Origin: Candidatus Woesearchaeota archaeon
Lineage (GTDB): Archaea > Nanobdellota > Nanobdellia > Woesearchaeales > GCA-2686295
Direction of reading: 5' to 3'
Length of the DNA stretch: 64,000 bases
NCBI GenBank assembly: GCA_937912225.1
Contig: CALDOJ010000036.1
Location: 31,191 to 95,190, forward strand
Of the stretch, positions 38,425-47,040 are shown one piece after another; position 1 is the stretch's first letter, and each line of letters begins with the position of its first letter. The notes below the pieces were generated by a model that worked only from the letters and a program-made list of their open reading frames with translations, ran no database searches and was not told where the DNA came from. The translations under genes were made by a program, and so were the position numbers.

Positions 38425-39210
38425 TTACTTTTTCAAAAGAATTCCAACAGGACAATGGTCACTTCCCATTACTTCTTGCAAGATAAATGCATCTTTTAAT
38501 TTCTTCTCTAAAACCTTTGAAACAAGAAAATAATCTATCCTCCAACCGACATTATTTGCTCGAGCATTAAACATGTAACTCCACCAAGAATATTCATGCT
38601 CTTTATTAGGGTAAAAATATCTGAATGTGTCAATTAAACCTGCTTCTAAATGTTTTGTCATGCCAAGTCTTTCAGTATCTGAGAATCCTGCATTTCCAGG
38701 TTTTGTTGCGGTTGTCATATTTGACTTAGGATTCTTCAAATCAATTTCTTTATGAGCAACATTTAAATCACCACAAATAATAACTGGTTTCTTATTTTCT
38801 AAACCTTTGACAAATTTTCTAAAATCATCATCCCATTTTTTTCGATAAGAAAGTCTTAAAAGTTCTCGCTTAGAATTTGGTGTATAAACATTCACTAAAA
38901 AGAACTCATCATATTCTAAAGTTAGAACTCGACCTTCAGCATCATGTTCTTCAATCGCCATTCCATACATTACTGATGACGGCTTGACTTTTGAAAATAC
39001 TGCAGTTCCAGAATAACCTTTTTTCTCTGCAGAGTTCCAGAAATGATGAGGATATTTATCTAACACCAAATCAACTTGATCAGGATGAGCTTTTGTTTCT
39101 TGAATACACAAAACATCAGGATCTTCCTTTTTTACAAAGTCTAAGAATCCTTTTTTTAAGGCTGCTCGAATTCCATTTACATTCCAAGAAATAAGTTTCA
39201 TATTTGTCAT
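38425..39210 (-). CDS. xth: Exodeoxyribonuclease III (AP endonuclease)
   Basis: SWNVNGIRA, LCIQETK, GDLNVAH, GSDHCPV. Confidence 0.9.
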   Translation of the reverse strand: MTNMKLISWNVNGIRAALKKGFLDFVKKEDPDVLCIQETKAHPDQVDLVLDKYPHHFWNSAEKKGYSGTAVFSKVKPSSVMYGMAIEEHDAEGRVLTLEYDEFFLVNVYTPNSKRELLRLSYRKKWDDDFRKFVKGLENKKPVIICGDLNVAHKEIDLKNPKSNMTTATKPGNAGFSDTERLGMTKHLEAGLIDTFRYFYPNKEHEYSWWSYMFNARANNVGWRIDYFLVSKVLEKKLKDAFILQEVMGSDHCPVGILLKK

Positions 39211-39252
39211 AAATAAAAGAAATTAAAAAAAGTTATATAAAGTTTTTTATTA

Positions 39253-39540
39253 TTACTTTCTAACATTAGAAAGATATTTTGCAATTGGAGAAAAAACACT
39301 CCACTTAGCATATAATTCAACTTCTTGTCGATATTCAGCTATTAAATGTTGAAACCCAATATTATTAAGTCCGTTTTTAATTTTATTTGAAACAGAAGTT
39401 AAAACTTTATTTGGCTTAATATTCAAAGGTTCAATATTTCTAATCATATCATCTAATGTTCCTGAACTACATTGAAGTGTTGTACATGCTAATTCATACC
39501 TTCCAATTTGATCCATTGCTTTTTGATATTTATCTCTCAT
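39253..39540 (-). CDS. Hypothetical small protein
   Basis: 95-codon ORF in a gene-sized gap. No family recognised. Confidence 0.35.
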   Translation of the reverse strand: MRDKYQKAMDQIGRYELACTTLQCSSGTLDDMIRNIEPLNIKPNKVLTSVSNKIKNGLNNIGFQHLIAEYRQEVELYAKWSVFSPIAKYLSNVRK

Positions 39541-39572
39541 AAAACTTAGAATTAAAAAGAATTATTTAAACC

Positions 39573-40991
39573 TTACTCTTTATGATGCTTTTTTAGAAGG
39601 TCCATGGCAGTCTTTCCATCAACTTTGCCTTGAAATTTACCCATAACCATACCCATTAAAGCTCCAATTGAAGCGCCAGAATTTTTATCAACTATTGCTT
39701 TAATCTCTTTTTCTAAATCACCTGTTGAAGCAACTTTGAATTTATTAAAATTAAGCTTTTTAGTTTTACTAAAATCTGCTAATAAATCAATTATTGAACC
39801 TTTAGGCAAATCTCCTACAACAACTTTTTTTAAAACTTCATCAGCAATCTTCTTAGTATCAACATCAATAGAATATCGTTTTTTCAAATCTTTTGGAATA
39901 TTTGTAAAGAAATCAACTACTAATTTGAAATCTTTATATTTCTTAAAGTAAGACTCAATATCAAACTTTTCTTTATCTGCAAAGCTTACTGCAAGTTTTG
40001 CATAATCATCATTTAAACCAAATATTTTTTTGAATCTTTTAATTTTATCGTCAATAGTTTCTAATTTTTGAAATTTACCAAATGCAGGTATAATTGTAGG
40101 AACATCAGTTTCTGGATACATTCTAGAAGCTCCAGGCATTGGTCTTAAAAAAGAAGTTGTAAAATCAGGTTCAGCCTTTCTTACTTCTTTTTCTATCTTT
40201 TTCTTTTTCTTAAGTAAATCAAGATGCCTTTGAATTTCATTGTCAACTACTTTTGGAATACTCTTTAAGTCTTGAAAACCTTTTATTTCAACTCTTTCTC
40301 CACCTTTAATTGAAATATTTACGTCTTGACGAATACTTCCAATTCCTCGTTTACAAGCACCAGTACTTCTAAGAATCATACCTATTTTTGCAGCTGTATC
40401 TTTACATTCAAGAGGATTAGCAATGTCTGGTTCAGTCGCAATTTCAATAAGTGGAATTCCTAATCTTGAAATATTATAAGTATCATGGTCTTTTGTTCTG
40501 TTCATTACTTGACAAGCTTCTTCTTCTAAACAAACAGATGAAATTCTTATTTTTTTACCGTTTATGTCAATATGACCATTCATACCAACTAATGCAGTTC
40601 TTTGAAAACCAGAAGTATTACTTCCATCAACAACTGTTTTTCTCATGACTTGAATTTTATCAACGATTCGACAGTTAAGAATTTGTGCTATTTGCAAACA
40701 AGTTTTAAGTGCATCCTTGTTAATCGGACCTGGTGGTTCTTCATCCATTTCAACTAAACAAGTAATATCATCATAACCCCAGTAAGTGAATAATTTTCCT
40801 TTTAATTGTTCGTATGCTGCAGCAATATCAACTTTTCCTGATTCTCCTGCACTTGCTCGAAGTTTTCGATCAAATGTAAAATCAGGTTTGTCTTTTCGAA
40901 TCTCAGTTGGACAATTACAAAAAAGCTTTTTACCTTCAAGCTGTTGATGAATTTCTATTCCAGATTTAAAACCAAGTTTTTTGTAGTCCAT
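39573..40991 (-). CDS. gatE: Glu-tRNA(Gln) amidotransferase subunit E (short form)
   Basis: MDYKKLGFKSGIEIHQQLEGKKLFCNCP, RPMPGASRMYPETD, YqeY-like tail GALMGMVMGKFQGKVDG. ATG 40991 follows AGGTGT; the GTG at 41003 is an alternative. Confidence 0.85.
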   Translation of the reverse strand: MDYKKLGFKSGIEIHQQLEGKKLFCNCPTEIRKDKPDFTFDRKLRASAGESGKVDIAAAYEQLKGKLFTYWGYDDITCLVEMDEEPPGPINKDALKTCLQIAQILNCRIVDKIQVMRKTVVDGSNTSGFQRTALVGMNGHIDINGKKIRISSVCLEEEACQVMNRTKDHDTYNISRLGIPLIEIATEPDIANPLECKDTAAKIGMILRSTGACKRGIGSIRQDVNISIKGGERVEIKGFQDLKSIPKVVDNEIQRHLDLLKKKKKIEKEVRKAEPDFTTSFLRPMPGASRMYPETDVPTIIPAFGKFQKLETIDDKIKRFKKIFGLNDDYAKLAVSFADKEKFDIESYFKKYKDFKLVVDFFTNIPKDLKKRYSIDVDTKKIADEVLKKVVVGDLPKGSIIDLLADFSKTKKLNFNKFKVASTGDLEKEIKAIVDKNSGASIGALMGMVMGKFQGKVDGKTAMDLLKKHHKE

Positions 40992-41003
40992 ATAATCATA
41001 CAC

Positions 41004-42293
41004 CTATATTAAGAATTCTTCTCGCTCACTTCTTTCAGAAAGTTCTCCTCTTAAATTCTTTTCAAATAATTCTTTGACGTCTTTTTTATGATTCGATAAT
41101 AACCATGCAAGCTTGATAAATGCTGTTTCTGGAGTCATGTCTGAATAATTTCCAATCACTCCTGCTTTAATTAAATCTCTTCCAGGAGAATAAACATTCA
41201 TGTCAATTCTTCCATAAATTGTTTGAGGCGCAACTACTACAGGCATTTTTTTAGCTAAGCTTTGAACTGCTTTCAAAATTTTCTCATTTTCACCAGTGAA
41301 TTCATCAACTTTCATACTCGGAATATGGCCTATTCCTAAAAGTTCAATAACTAATCCATCAAAGTTTTTGAAAGCTTCAAATTCAGAAGCATACATGTGA
41401 ACATGAGGTTTAATTAAACCAATTTTTAATTTTTCATCAAATAATTTAAGAGTTAATTTTTTCTTTAAATCTTTCTTTTCATAAGTTGTTGCAAAAGTCA
41501 CAGTTTCTTTTTCATAATTAATTCTTGCAATTGGACCTGCATTAATTGGTCTAAAAGCATCTCTTCTTGAAGTATGCATTTTTCGAACTTTAGTTCCAGG
41601 CAAAATCCAACAAATTTTATCATTAGTATTTTCATGCATACAAACTCCAACTCCAGAAAAATCCGTCTTAGTAATAAACAATGCAGCTGATAAAAGATTC
41701 ATTGCTGAATCAGTACTTCCTCGGTCAGAACTTCGTTGACTTCCAACAATTATAACTGGAATTCCAAGTCCTTCAAAAGCAAATGAAAGAGCAGCTGAAG
41801 TATAATGAATAGTATCTGTTCCTTGAGTCAAAATAATTCCATCAACTCCTTTTTTTACTTCTTCAGCAACCGCTTTAGCTAAAATATTATAATGAGGAAA
41901 ACGCATCATTTCTGATTGCATATTTCTTACAAGTTTACTTTTAATATTTGCTAAACCTTTAATTTCAGGAAACAAATTTAGTAAATCATCCTCTGTAAAC
42001 TTTGCAATTACAGCGCCTGTTGAATAATCAACTTTTGAAGCAATAGTTCCACCAGTATGAAGTATAGAAATGGTTTTTAAACCTTTTTTCATTACAGGTT
42101 TTGAACTTTTCTCAGAAATTTCTTTATATTTTTTTAAGACTTCAATCTTTTTAATTTCAGATTTTTTCAAACCAACATTATATCCGCTAACTAATTTTAA
42201 GAAAATAATGTTTGAATCTTCTTCAGGCATTAAAACACCTTCTAAAACATCATTTTTACAGAATACTTTTACCTTATCACCTACGTTAGCCAT
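41004..42293 (-). CDS. gatD: Glu-tRNA(Gln) amidotransferase subunit D (asparaginase-like)
   Basis: ILHTGGTIASKVDYSTGAV, LTQGTDTIHYT. Ends with TAG directly abutting gatE. Confidence 0.9.
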   Translation of the reverse strand: MANVGDKVKVFCKNDVLEGVLMPEEDSNIIFLKLVSGYNVGLKKSEIKKIEVLKKYKEISEKSSKPVMKKGLKTISILHTGGTIASKVDYSTGAVIAKFTEDDLLNLFPEIKGLANIKSKLVRNMQSEMMRFPHYNILAKAVAEEVKKGVDGIILTQGTDTIHYTSAALSFAFEGLGIPVIIVGSQRSSDRGSTDSAMNLLSAALFITKTDFSGVGVCMHENTNDKICWILPGTKVRKMHTSRRDAFRPINAGPIARINYEKETVTFATTYEKKDLKKKLTLKLFDEKLKIGLIKPHVHMYASEFEAFKNFDGLVIELLGIGHIPSMKVDEFTGENEKILKAVQSLAKKMPVVVAPQTIYGRIDMNVYSPGRDLIKAGVIGNYSDMTPETAFIKLAWLLSNHKKDVKELFEKNLRGELSERSEREEFLI

Positions 42294-42400
42294 ATAAGAA
42301 AATAAAAGAAAGAAGTATTTAAAAGTTTGGAATTATGAATAAATTCCGAACTTCAAAAAGTTTAATTTTTGTAATTATTGTTTAAAGTTTAAATATTATT

Positions 42401-42512
42401 TAACCATAATAACTTGATTTATCAGTTCCAACCCTTATCAGCGTTGACGGAACTAGCTCTCTGCTAGGTCGCGATGCAAAAAAAGCATCTAACCATAATA
42501 ACTTGGTTTATC
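42401..42512. repeat. 23-bp direct repeat duplicating the cdc48 3' end, bracketing a GC-rich hairpin element
   Basis: TAACCATAATAACTTGATTTATC (42401-42423) versus TAACCATAATAACTTGGTTTATC (42490-42512), 1 mismatch. The 66-nt interior is about 54% GC and contains AGTTCC...GGAACT, CTAGC-TCTCT-GCTAG and GATGC-A7-GCATC. Confidence 0.6.
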
Positions 42513-44765
42513 TTCTTGCATGCTTTTTGCATGAGCGCTTGTGAAATGATCTTTAAGTTTTTCATAAGCCTCGGCAATATCTTTAGTGGCACTTGGTCTA
42601 ACTTTTTTCAATGCTTCTTCAAAGAAAGCCATTTTTACAGTTTTAGCTTTCATATCATCTCTTAAAGCCATGATTGCTGCTTCTCTACAAACAGCTTCAA
42701 GATCTGCACCTACATATCCTTCGGTTTTATCGACTAACTTTTTCAAATCAAAATCTTTTGCTAATGGCATTCCTTTAGTATGAACTTTAAAGATTGCATT
42801 TCTGCTTCCTTTATCAGGAACAGGTGCTAAAACAATTCTATCAAATCTTCCTGGACGAAGAAGAGCAGTATCAAGCATGTCAGGTCTATTCGTTGCAGCA
42901 ATTATTACAACATCATTTAAATCTTGTAAACCATCCATTTCAGTTAAAAGTTGATTAACAACTCTTTCATTAACTTTTGAGTCAGCACTATCACTTCTTT
43001 TATGAGCCATAGAATCAATTTCATCAAAGAAAATTATTGTTGGAGATGTTTGTCTTGCTTTTTCAAAGATTTTTCTAACAGCTTTTTCACTTTCACCAAC
43101 CCACTTACTTAAAAGTTCAGGTCCTTTAACAAGAATAAAGTTTGCTTCACTTTCAGTTGCAACAGCTTTTGCAAGCAAAGTTTTACCAGTACCTGGTGCT
43201 CCATAAAGAAGAACTCCTCGAGGAGGTGTAATTCCCAATCTTGAAAAAGCTTCTTTTTTCTTCAAAGGCCATTCAACAGCTTCAATAAGTTCTTGTTTAA
43301 CTTCTTCTAAACCGCCAATATCAGTCCATTTAATATTTGGAATTTCAATTAATACTTCTCTCATAGCACTAGGTCTTACGACTTTTAATGATTCTTTAAA
43401 ATCATCTTGAGATAACTTTAATTTTTCAAGAACTTCTTGAGGAATTGTTTTCTCATCTTCAAGTTCTAGATCAGGAAGAACTCGTCTTAAAACAATCATA
43501 GCAGCTTCTCTTGCAAGAGCTGAAAGATCAGCACCTACAAACCCATGAGTTATTTCAGCCATTCGTTTTAAATTAACATTTTTATTAAGAGGCATGTTTC
43601 TAGTATGAATTTGTAAAATTTTATGTCGTCCTTCTTTTTGTGGAACACCAATTTCAATTTCTCGATCAAACCTACCAGGTCTTCGAAGTGCAGGATCAAG
43701 CGAGTTTGGAATGTTTGTTGCTGCAATTACAACTACTTTTCCTCGACTTTTTAACCCATCCATTAAAGCTAATAACTGAGCAACAACTCTTCTCTCTACT
43801 TCGCCTTTGCTTTCTTCTCGCTTAGAAGCAATAGCGTCAATTTCATCAATAAAAATTATTGAAGGACCATTCTTTTCTGCTTCTTCAAACTTCTTTCTAA
43901 GATTCTCTTCACTCTGACCATAATATTTACTCATAATTTCAGGACCATTAATTAAAAGAAAATTAGCATTTGTTTCATTAGCAACAGCTTTTGCTAACAA
44001 AGTTTTACCAGTTCCTGGAGGACCATGAAGCAGTACTCCTTTTGGTGGTTCAATTCCAAGAGTTTCAAAAACTTCAGGATGTTTTAATGGTAATTCAACC
44101 ATTTCTCTAACTTTTTTAATTTCAGATTCAAGTCCACCAACATCTTCATATGAAATATCAAAAACTTTTTCTTCTTGAACTTCAACTGATTCTGTTGAGT
44201 ATTTTACTTCTGTATGTTCTGTGATTAAAACTGCTTGTTTTGGATTTGCATCAGTTACGATGAATTTTAAATCTCCAAGACCAAAGCCCATCATAGTATC
44301 ATCAAGCATTGAAAACATATCATCAAAGAAAGGGTTACTAGACATAGTGTTTCTTCTTCTTTTAGTTCCGCCAAGCGAAACAATGTCTCCTTTCATAACT
44401 GCTCGTCCTAAAAGTCCTTTTTTGAAAATCTCAGGATTTGCTCGTACCATCACACCTTTTCGAGCTGGCGCAATAGTGATTTTTTTAGCTTCTTTAACAT
44501 CAACTTTTTTGACAGTAACCATTTCACCAATAGTTGTTTTAGCATTTCTTCTAATTAAACCGTCCATTCGAATCATGTTTAAACCAATATCTCCTGGTAG
44601 CGCCCTATCAGCTATTGCAACAGTAACTCTAGCACCATTAATTTCAACAATGTTTCCAGGTCTAATATCTAATTCTCGTAAGAAAGAACTATCAACTCTA
44701 ACAATTCCTTTGTTAACATCTTCTTGTATTGCTTCAGCAACTTTAAGTCTAATTTCGTTTGTAAT
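42489..44765 (-). CDS. cdc48: Cdc48/VAT-type tandem AAA+ ATPase
   Basis: Two Walker [16 protein letters not shown] / [15 protein letters not shown] and two DEID Walker B. The N-domain ([21 protein letters not shown]...GLNMIRMDG) is encoded upstream of the first ATG (44576). Proposed ATT start at 44763-44765 after GAGGGG. Ends with TAG. Confidence 0.85.
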   Translation of the reverse strand: MTNEIRLKVAEAIQEDVNKGIVRVDSSFLRELDIRPGNIVEINGARVTVAIADRALPGDIGLNMIRMDGLIRRNAKTTIGEMVTVKKVDVKEAKKITIAPARKGVMVRANPEIFKKGLLGRAVMKGDIVSLGGTKRRRNTMSSNPFFDDMFSMLDDTMMGFGLGDLKFIVTDANPKQAVLITEHTEVKYSTESVEVQEEKVFDISYEDVGGLESEIKKVREMVELPLKHPEVFETLGIEPPKGVLLHGPPGTGKTLLAKAVANETNANFLLINGPEIMSKYYGQSEENLRKKFEEAEKNGPSIIFIDEIDAIASKREESKGEVERRVVAQLLALMDGLKSRGKVVVIAATNIPNSLDPALRRPGRFDREIEIGVPQKEGRHKILQIHTRNMPLNKNVNLKRMAEITHGFVGADLSALAREAAMIVLRRVLPDLELEDEKTIPQEVLEKLKLSQDDFKESLKVVRPSAMREVLIEIPNIKWTDIGGLEEVKQELIEAVEWPLKKKEAFSRLGITPPRGVLLYGAPGTGKTLLAKAVATESEANFILVKGPELLSKWVGESEKAVRKIFEKARQTSPTIIFFDEIDSMAHKRSDSADSKVNERVVNQLLTEMDGLQDLNDVVIIAATNRPDMLDTALLRPGRFDRIVLAPVPDKGSRNAIFKVHTKGMPLAKDFDLKKLVDKTEGYVGADLEAVCREAAIMALRDDMKAKTVKMAFFEEALKKVRPSATKDIAEAYEKLKDHFTSAHAKSMQEDKPSYYG

Positions 44766-44785
44766 GGTTATCCCCTCAAATAAAT

Positions 44786-44981
44786 ATTTTTGATGACTTT
44801 AGAGAATAAATAACTCTTTAAATTCTTTTTGGTTTAATGACTCCATTCTTTAAGAAAAATCATTATCCAAAAAAAGAATATTTTTGATTTAATGACTCCA
44901 TTCTTTAAAAAAAGTCATTATCCAAAAAAGAACTTTTTTGGTTTAATAACTGATTTCTTTAAAAAAAACTAAAAGAAATAG
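44786..44981. repeat. About 3.5 tandem copies of a ~55-bp unit upstream of cdc48, each with an internal palindrome
   Basis: Units start near 44786 (partial), 44826, 44881 and 44934. Unit 2 carries TAATGACT (44890-44897)-N15-AGTCATTA (44913-44920). Unit 1 carries TAATGA/TCATTA. Confidence 0.7.
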
Positions 44982-45011
44982 AAGGGGAAAAAATAATCTA
45001 AAAAAAAATGT

Positions 45012-45416
45012 TTATTGTTGTTTAAGCTTTGGTAATGGGATTGGTGCTGGTAGGCCCAGATCTTTACTTAAGATTAAAGCTTGAATATTGCATTTGTTAA
45101 GAACATTGTTCATAACTTGGTTTGTTGCTTCTTTAGGAATAGATTTGTTCTTTTTCCAAGAATCAAGAACTTCTTTAGCTGTTTTTTCATCAGATAACAA
45201 TACTAATTCGCCATTTAATTCTATATTTCCAATTCCAGGTTCATATTTTGAAGTGTATTGAAAAGTAAACTTCATTGCTTTTTGGTCACCACCAATTGCT
45301 AATTTTGCTTCTTTAACATCTTTAATAGTAACATTATTACTAATGCTAACTTTACCTGTAACAGGAAGTTTTTTTTCAATCATCATTTTTGTGAAATTTA
45401 ATCCAACTATTGCCAT
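45012..45416 (-). CDS. Hypothetical protein, possibly SecB-like fold
   Basis: The order of beta-rich N-half and C-terminal helix (VMNNVLNKCNIQALILSKDLGLPAPIPLP) loosely parallels SecB. Weak by-eye call. Confidence 0.25.
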   Translation of the reverse strand: MAIVGLNFTKMMIEKKLPVTGKVSISNNVTIKDVKEAKLAIGGDQKAMKFTFQYTSKYEPGIGNIELNGELVLLSDEKTAKEVLDSWKKNKSIPKEATNQVMNNVLNKCNIQALILSKDLGLPAPIPLPKLKQQ

Positions 45417-45502
45417 TTTTAAAATCCTCCGTGTTTGAATAACACCTTCTTCTCGTTATTAAGTTTTGGTTTATAAAAGTTTTGAATTTACAAGAATAAA
45501 AA

Positions 45503-45787
45503 GAAATATTTATATATAAAACCCGCTATCCTGAAGGTTATGATTACAAAAAGTGATTATGCGTGGCAATAGTAAACCTTTTTTCTTAGATAGTAATATA
45601 ATATTAACTGGTGATTATGCGTGGCATTTACAAATTCATAACTTATTTTAAAACTTCTAATGGCTTCTGGCGTTTGTTCTTCTAATTAAAAATTCTTAGA
45701 TTAAAAAATAAAATGAAATTTCGGAGGCAAACAAAAAATTGTAAGATTTTTGAGTCTCCTAAAATAAAATTTTCGGAGGAATATAAA
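45503..45787 (+). promoter_or_regulatory. trpB promoter plus ~250-nt leader with overlapping Trp-codon mini-ORFs
   Basis: GAAATATTTATATA (45503-45516) is identical to the trpS promoter core, and 23 nt later comes ATG 45540. The perfect 16-nt repeat GTGATTATGCGTGGCA lies at 45553-45568 and 45611-45626. Mini-ORFs are 45540-45572, 45559-45651 and 45617-45685. Confidence 0.4.
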
Positions 45788-46972
45788 ATGAATATAAAAA
45801 ATAATATACCAAATAAAAAAGGATTTTTCGGAGAGTACGGAGGTCAATTTGTACCAGAAGGATTAAAGATTGCAATGAATAATCTTACAAAAGATTATTT
45901 AAAAATAAAAAAAGACAAAACTTTCAAAAAAGAATTTGTTGAATTAATGAATAACTATGTGGGCAGACCATCAGCACTTTATTTTGCTAGAAATCTAAGC
46001 AAAAAATATGGTTGTAAGATCTACTTTAAAAGAGAAGATTTAAACCACACAGGAGCTCATAAAATTAACAACACTATAGGACAAGCTTTGCTTGCAAAAA
46101 GAATTGGCATAAAAAAAATTATTGCTGAAACTGGAGCAGGTCAACATGGAGTTGCAACAGCAACTGCAGCTGCATTGATGGGCTTAGAATGTGAAATTTT
46201 TATGGGAGAAATTGATGCAAAAAAACAGATGATGAATATTTATCGTATGCAATTGCTTGGAGCTAAAGTCAATGTTGTTAAAAAAGGTGGCAGAACCTTA
46301 AAAGATGCAGTTGATGCAGCACTTGAATACTATATGCACCATCCAGAAGTATTTTATCTTCTTGGTTCTGTTGTAGGTCCACACCCTTATCCAATGATGG
46401 TTCGTGATTTTCAATCAATTATTGGAAAAGAAGCAAAGAAACAAATAAAAAAGCAAGAAGGAAGATTACCCGACTACCTTGTTGCTTGTGTTGGTGGCGG
46501 AAGTAATGCAATTGGCTTGTTTTATGACTTTATACCTAACAAACAAGTTAAGTTAATAGGTGTAGAGCCTGCTGGTAAAGGACTAAAAACAGGTAAACAT
46601 GCAGCAACTATGACTCTTGGAAAACCAGGTGTTTTACATGGATTTTATAGTTATCTTTTACAAGATAAAGATGGTAATCCATTGCCTGTTTATTCTATAG
46701 CTTCAGGACTCGATTATCCTGGAGTTGGACCTGAACAAAGCTTTTTGAAAGATATTAAAAGAGCAGAATTTAAACATGTAACTGATGCTGAAGCTTTAGC
46801 AGCGTTTCATGAAACTTCTAGAATTGAAGGAATAATTCCTGCTTTAGAAACAAGCCATGCCCTTGCATATTCTTTCAAACTTGCAAAGAAGCTTAGAAAA
46901 GATCAAATTATTATTGTGAACTTTTCAGGTCGAGGAGACAAAGATGTAGAGTTTGTTGCAAGCCTGCATTAA
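45788..46972 (+). CDS. trpB: Tryptophan synthase beta chain (TrpB1-type), stand-alone
   Basis: [43 protein letters not shown] 45788 follows CGGAGGAAT. The called start at 45713 adds 25 non-conserved residues. Confidence 0.9.
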   Translation: MNIKNNIPNKKGFFGEYGGQFVPEGLKIAMNNLTKDYLKIKKDKTFKKEFVELMNNYVGRPSALYFARNLSKKYGCKIYFKREDLNHTGAHKINNTIGQALLAKRIGIKKIIAETGAGQHGVATATAAALMGLECEIFMGEIDAKKQMMNIYRMQLLGAKVNVVKKGGRTLKDAVDAALEYYMHHPEVFYLLGSVVGPHPYPMMVRDFQSIIGKEAKKQIKKQEGRLPDYLVACVGGGSNAIGLFYDFIPNKQVKLIGVEPAGKGLKTGKHAATMTLGKPGVLHGFYSYLLQDKDGNPLPVYSIASGLDYPGVGPEQSFLKDIKRAEFKHVTDAEALAAFHETSRIEGIIPALETSHALAYSFKLAKKLRKDQIIIVNFSGRGDKDVEFVASLH

Positions 46973-47003
46973 TTTTTTTTTTTTATTTTCAGAGGATAAA
47001 AAA

Positions 47004-47017
47004 GAAATATTTATATA
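47004..47017 (+). promoter_or_regulatory. trpS promoter core (TATA), probably giving a leaderless mRNA
   Basis: GAAATATTTATATA followed by exactly 23 nt and then the trpS ATG at 47041. No SD. Confidence 0.45.
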
Positions 47018-47040
47018 ACTAAAGAAGCAAACAAAATAAG

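Noticed and set aside
41001-41006. The gatD TAG stop is directly followed, in frame, by a GTG that could start gatE (possible GatD-GatE read-through fusion)
   Set aside because: Frame coincidence has a one-in-three chance. GatD and GatE are separate subunits in characterised archaea. An SD-like AGGTGT spans the junction and serves the ATG at 40991, so ordinary translational coupling explains it.
42424-42489. C/D-box sRNA interpretation of the GC-rich insert after cdc48
   Set aside because: Two CUGA motifs lie 12 nt apart on the minus strand. No acceptable C box (RUGAUGA) is present, and the UGAUAA-to-CUGA spacing is only 9 nt.
44221-44793. 190-aa plus-strand ORF over the cdc48 5' region
   Set aside because: The opposite strand encodes the conserved Cdc48 N-domain and first AAA module. 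The ORF's length reflects codon bias rather than coding.
44786-44981. Possibility that the ~55-bp tandem array is a CRISPR array
   Set aside because: The units are contiguous with no unique spacers, are AT-rich and degenerate toward one end, and no cas genes are nearby.
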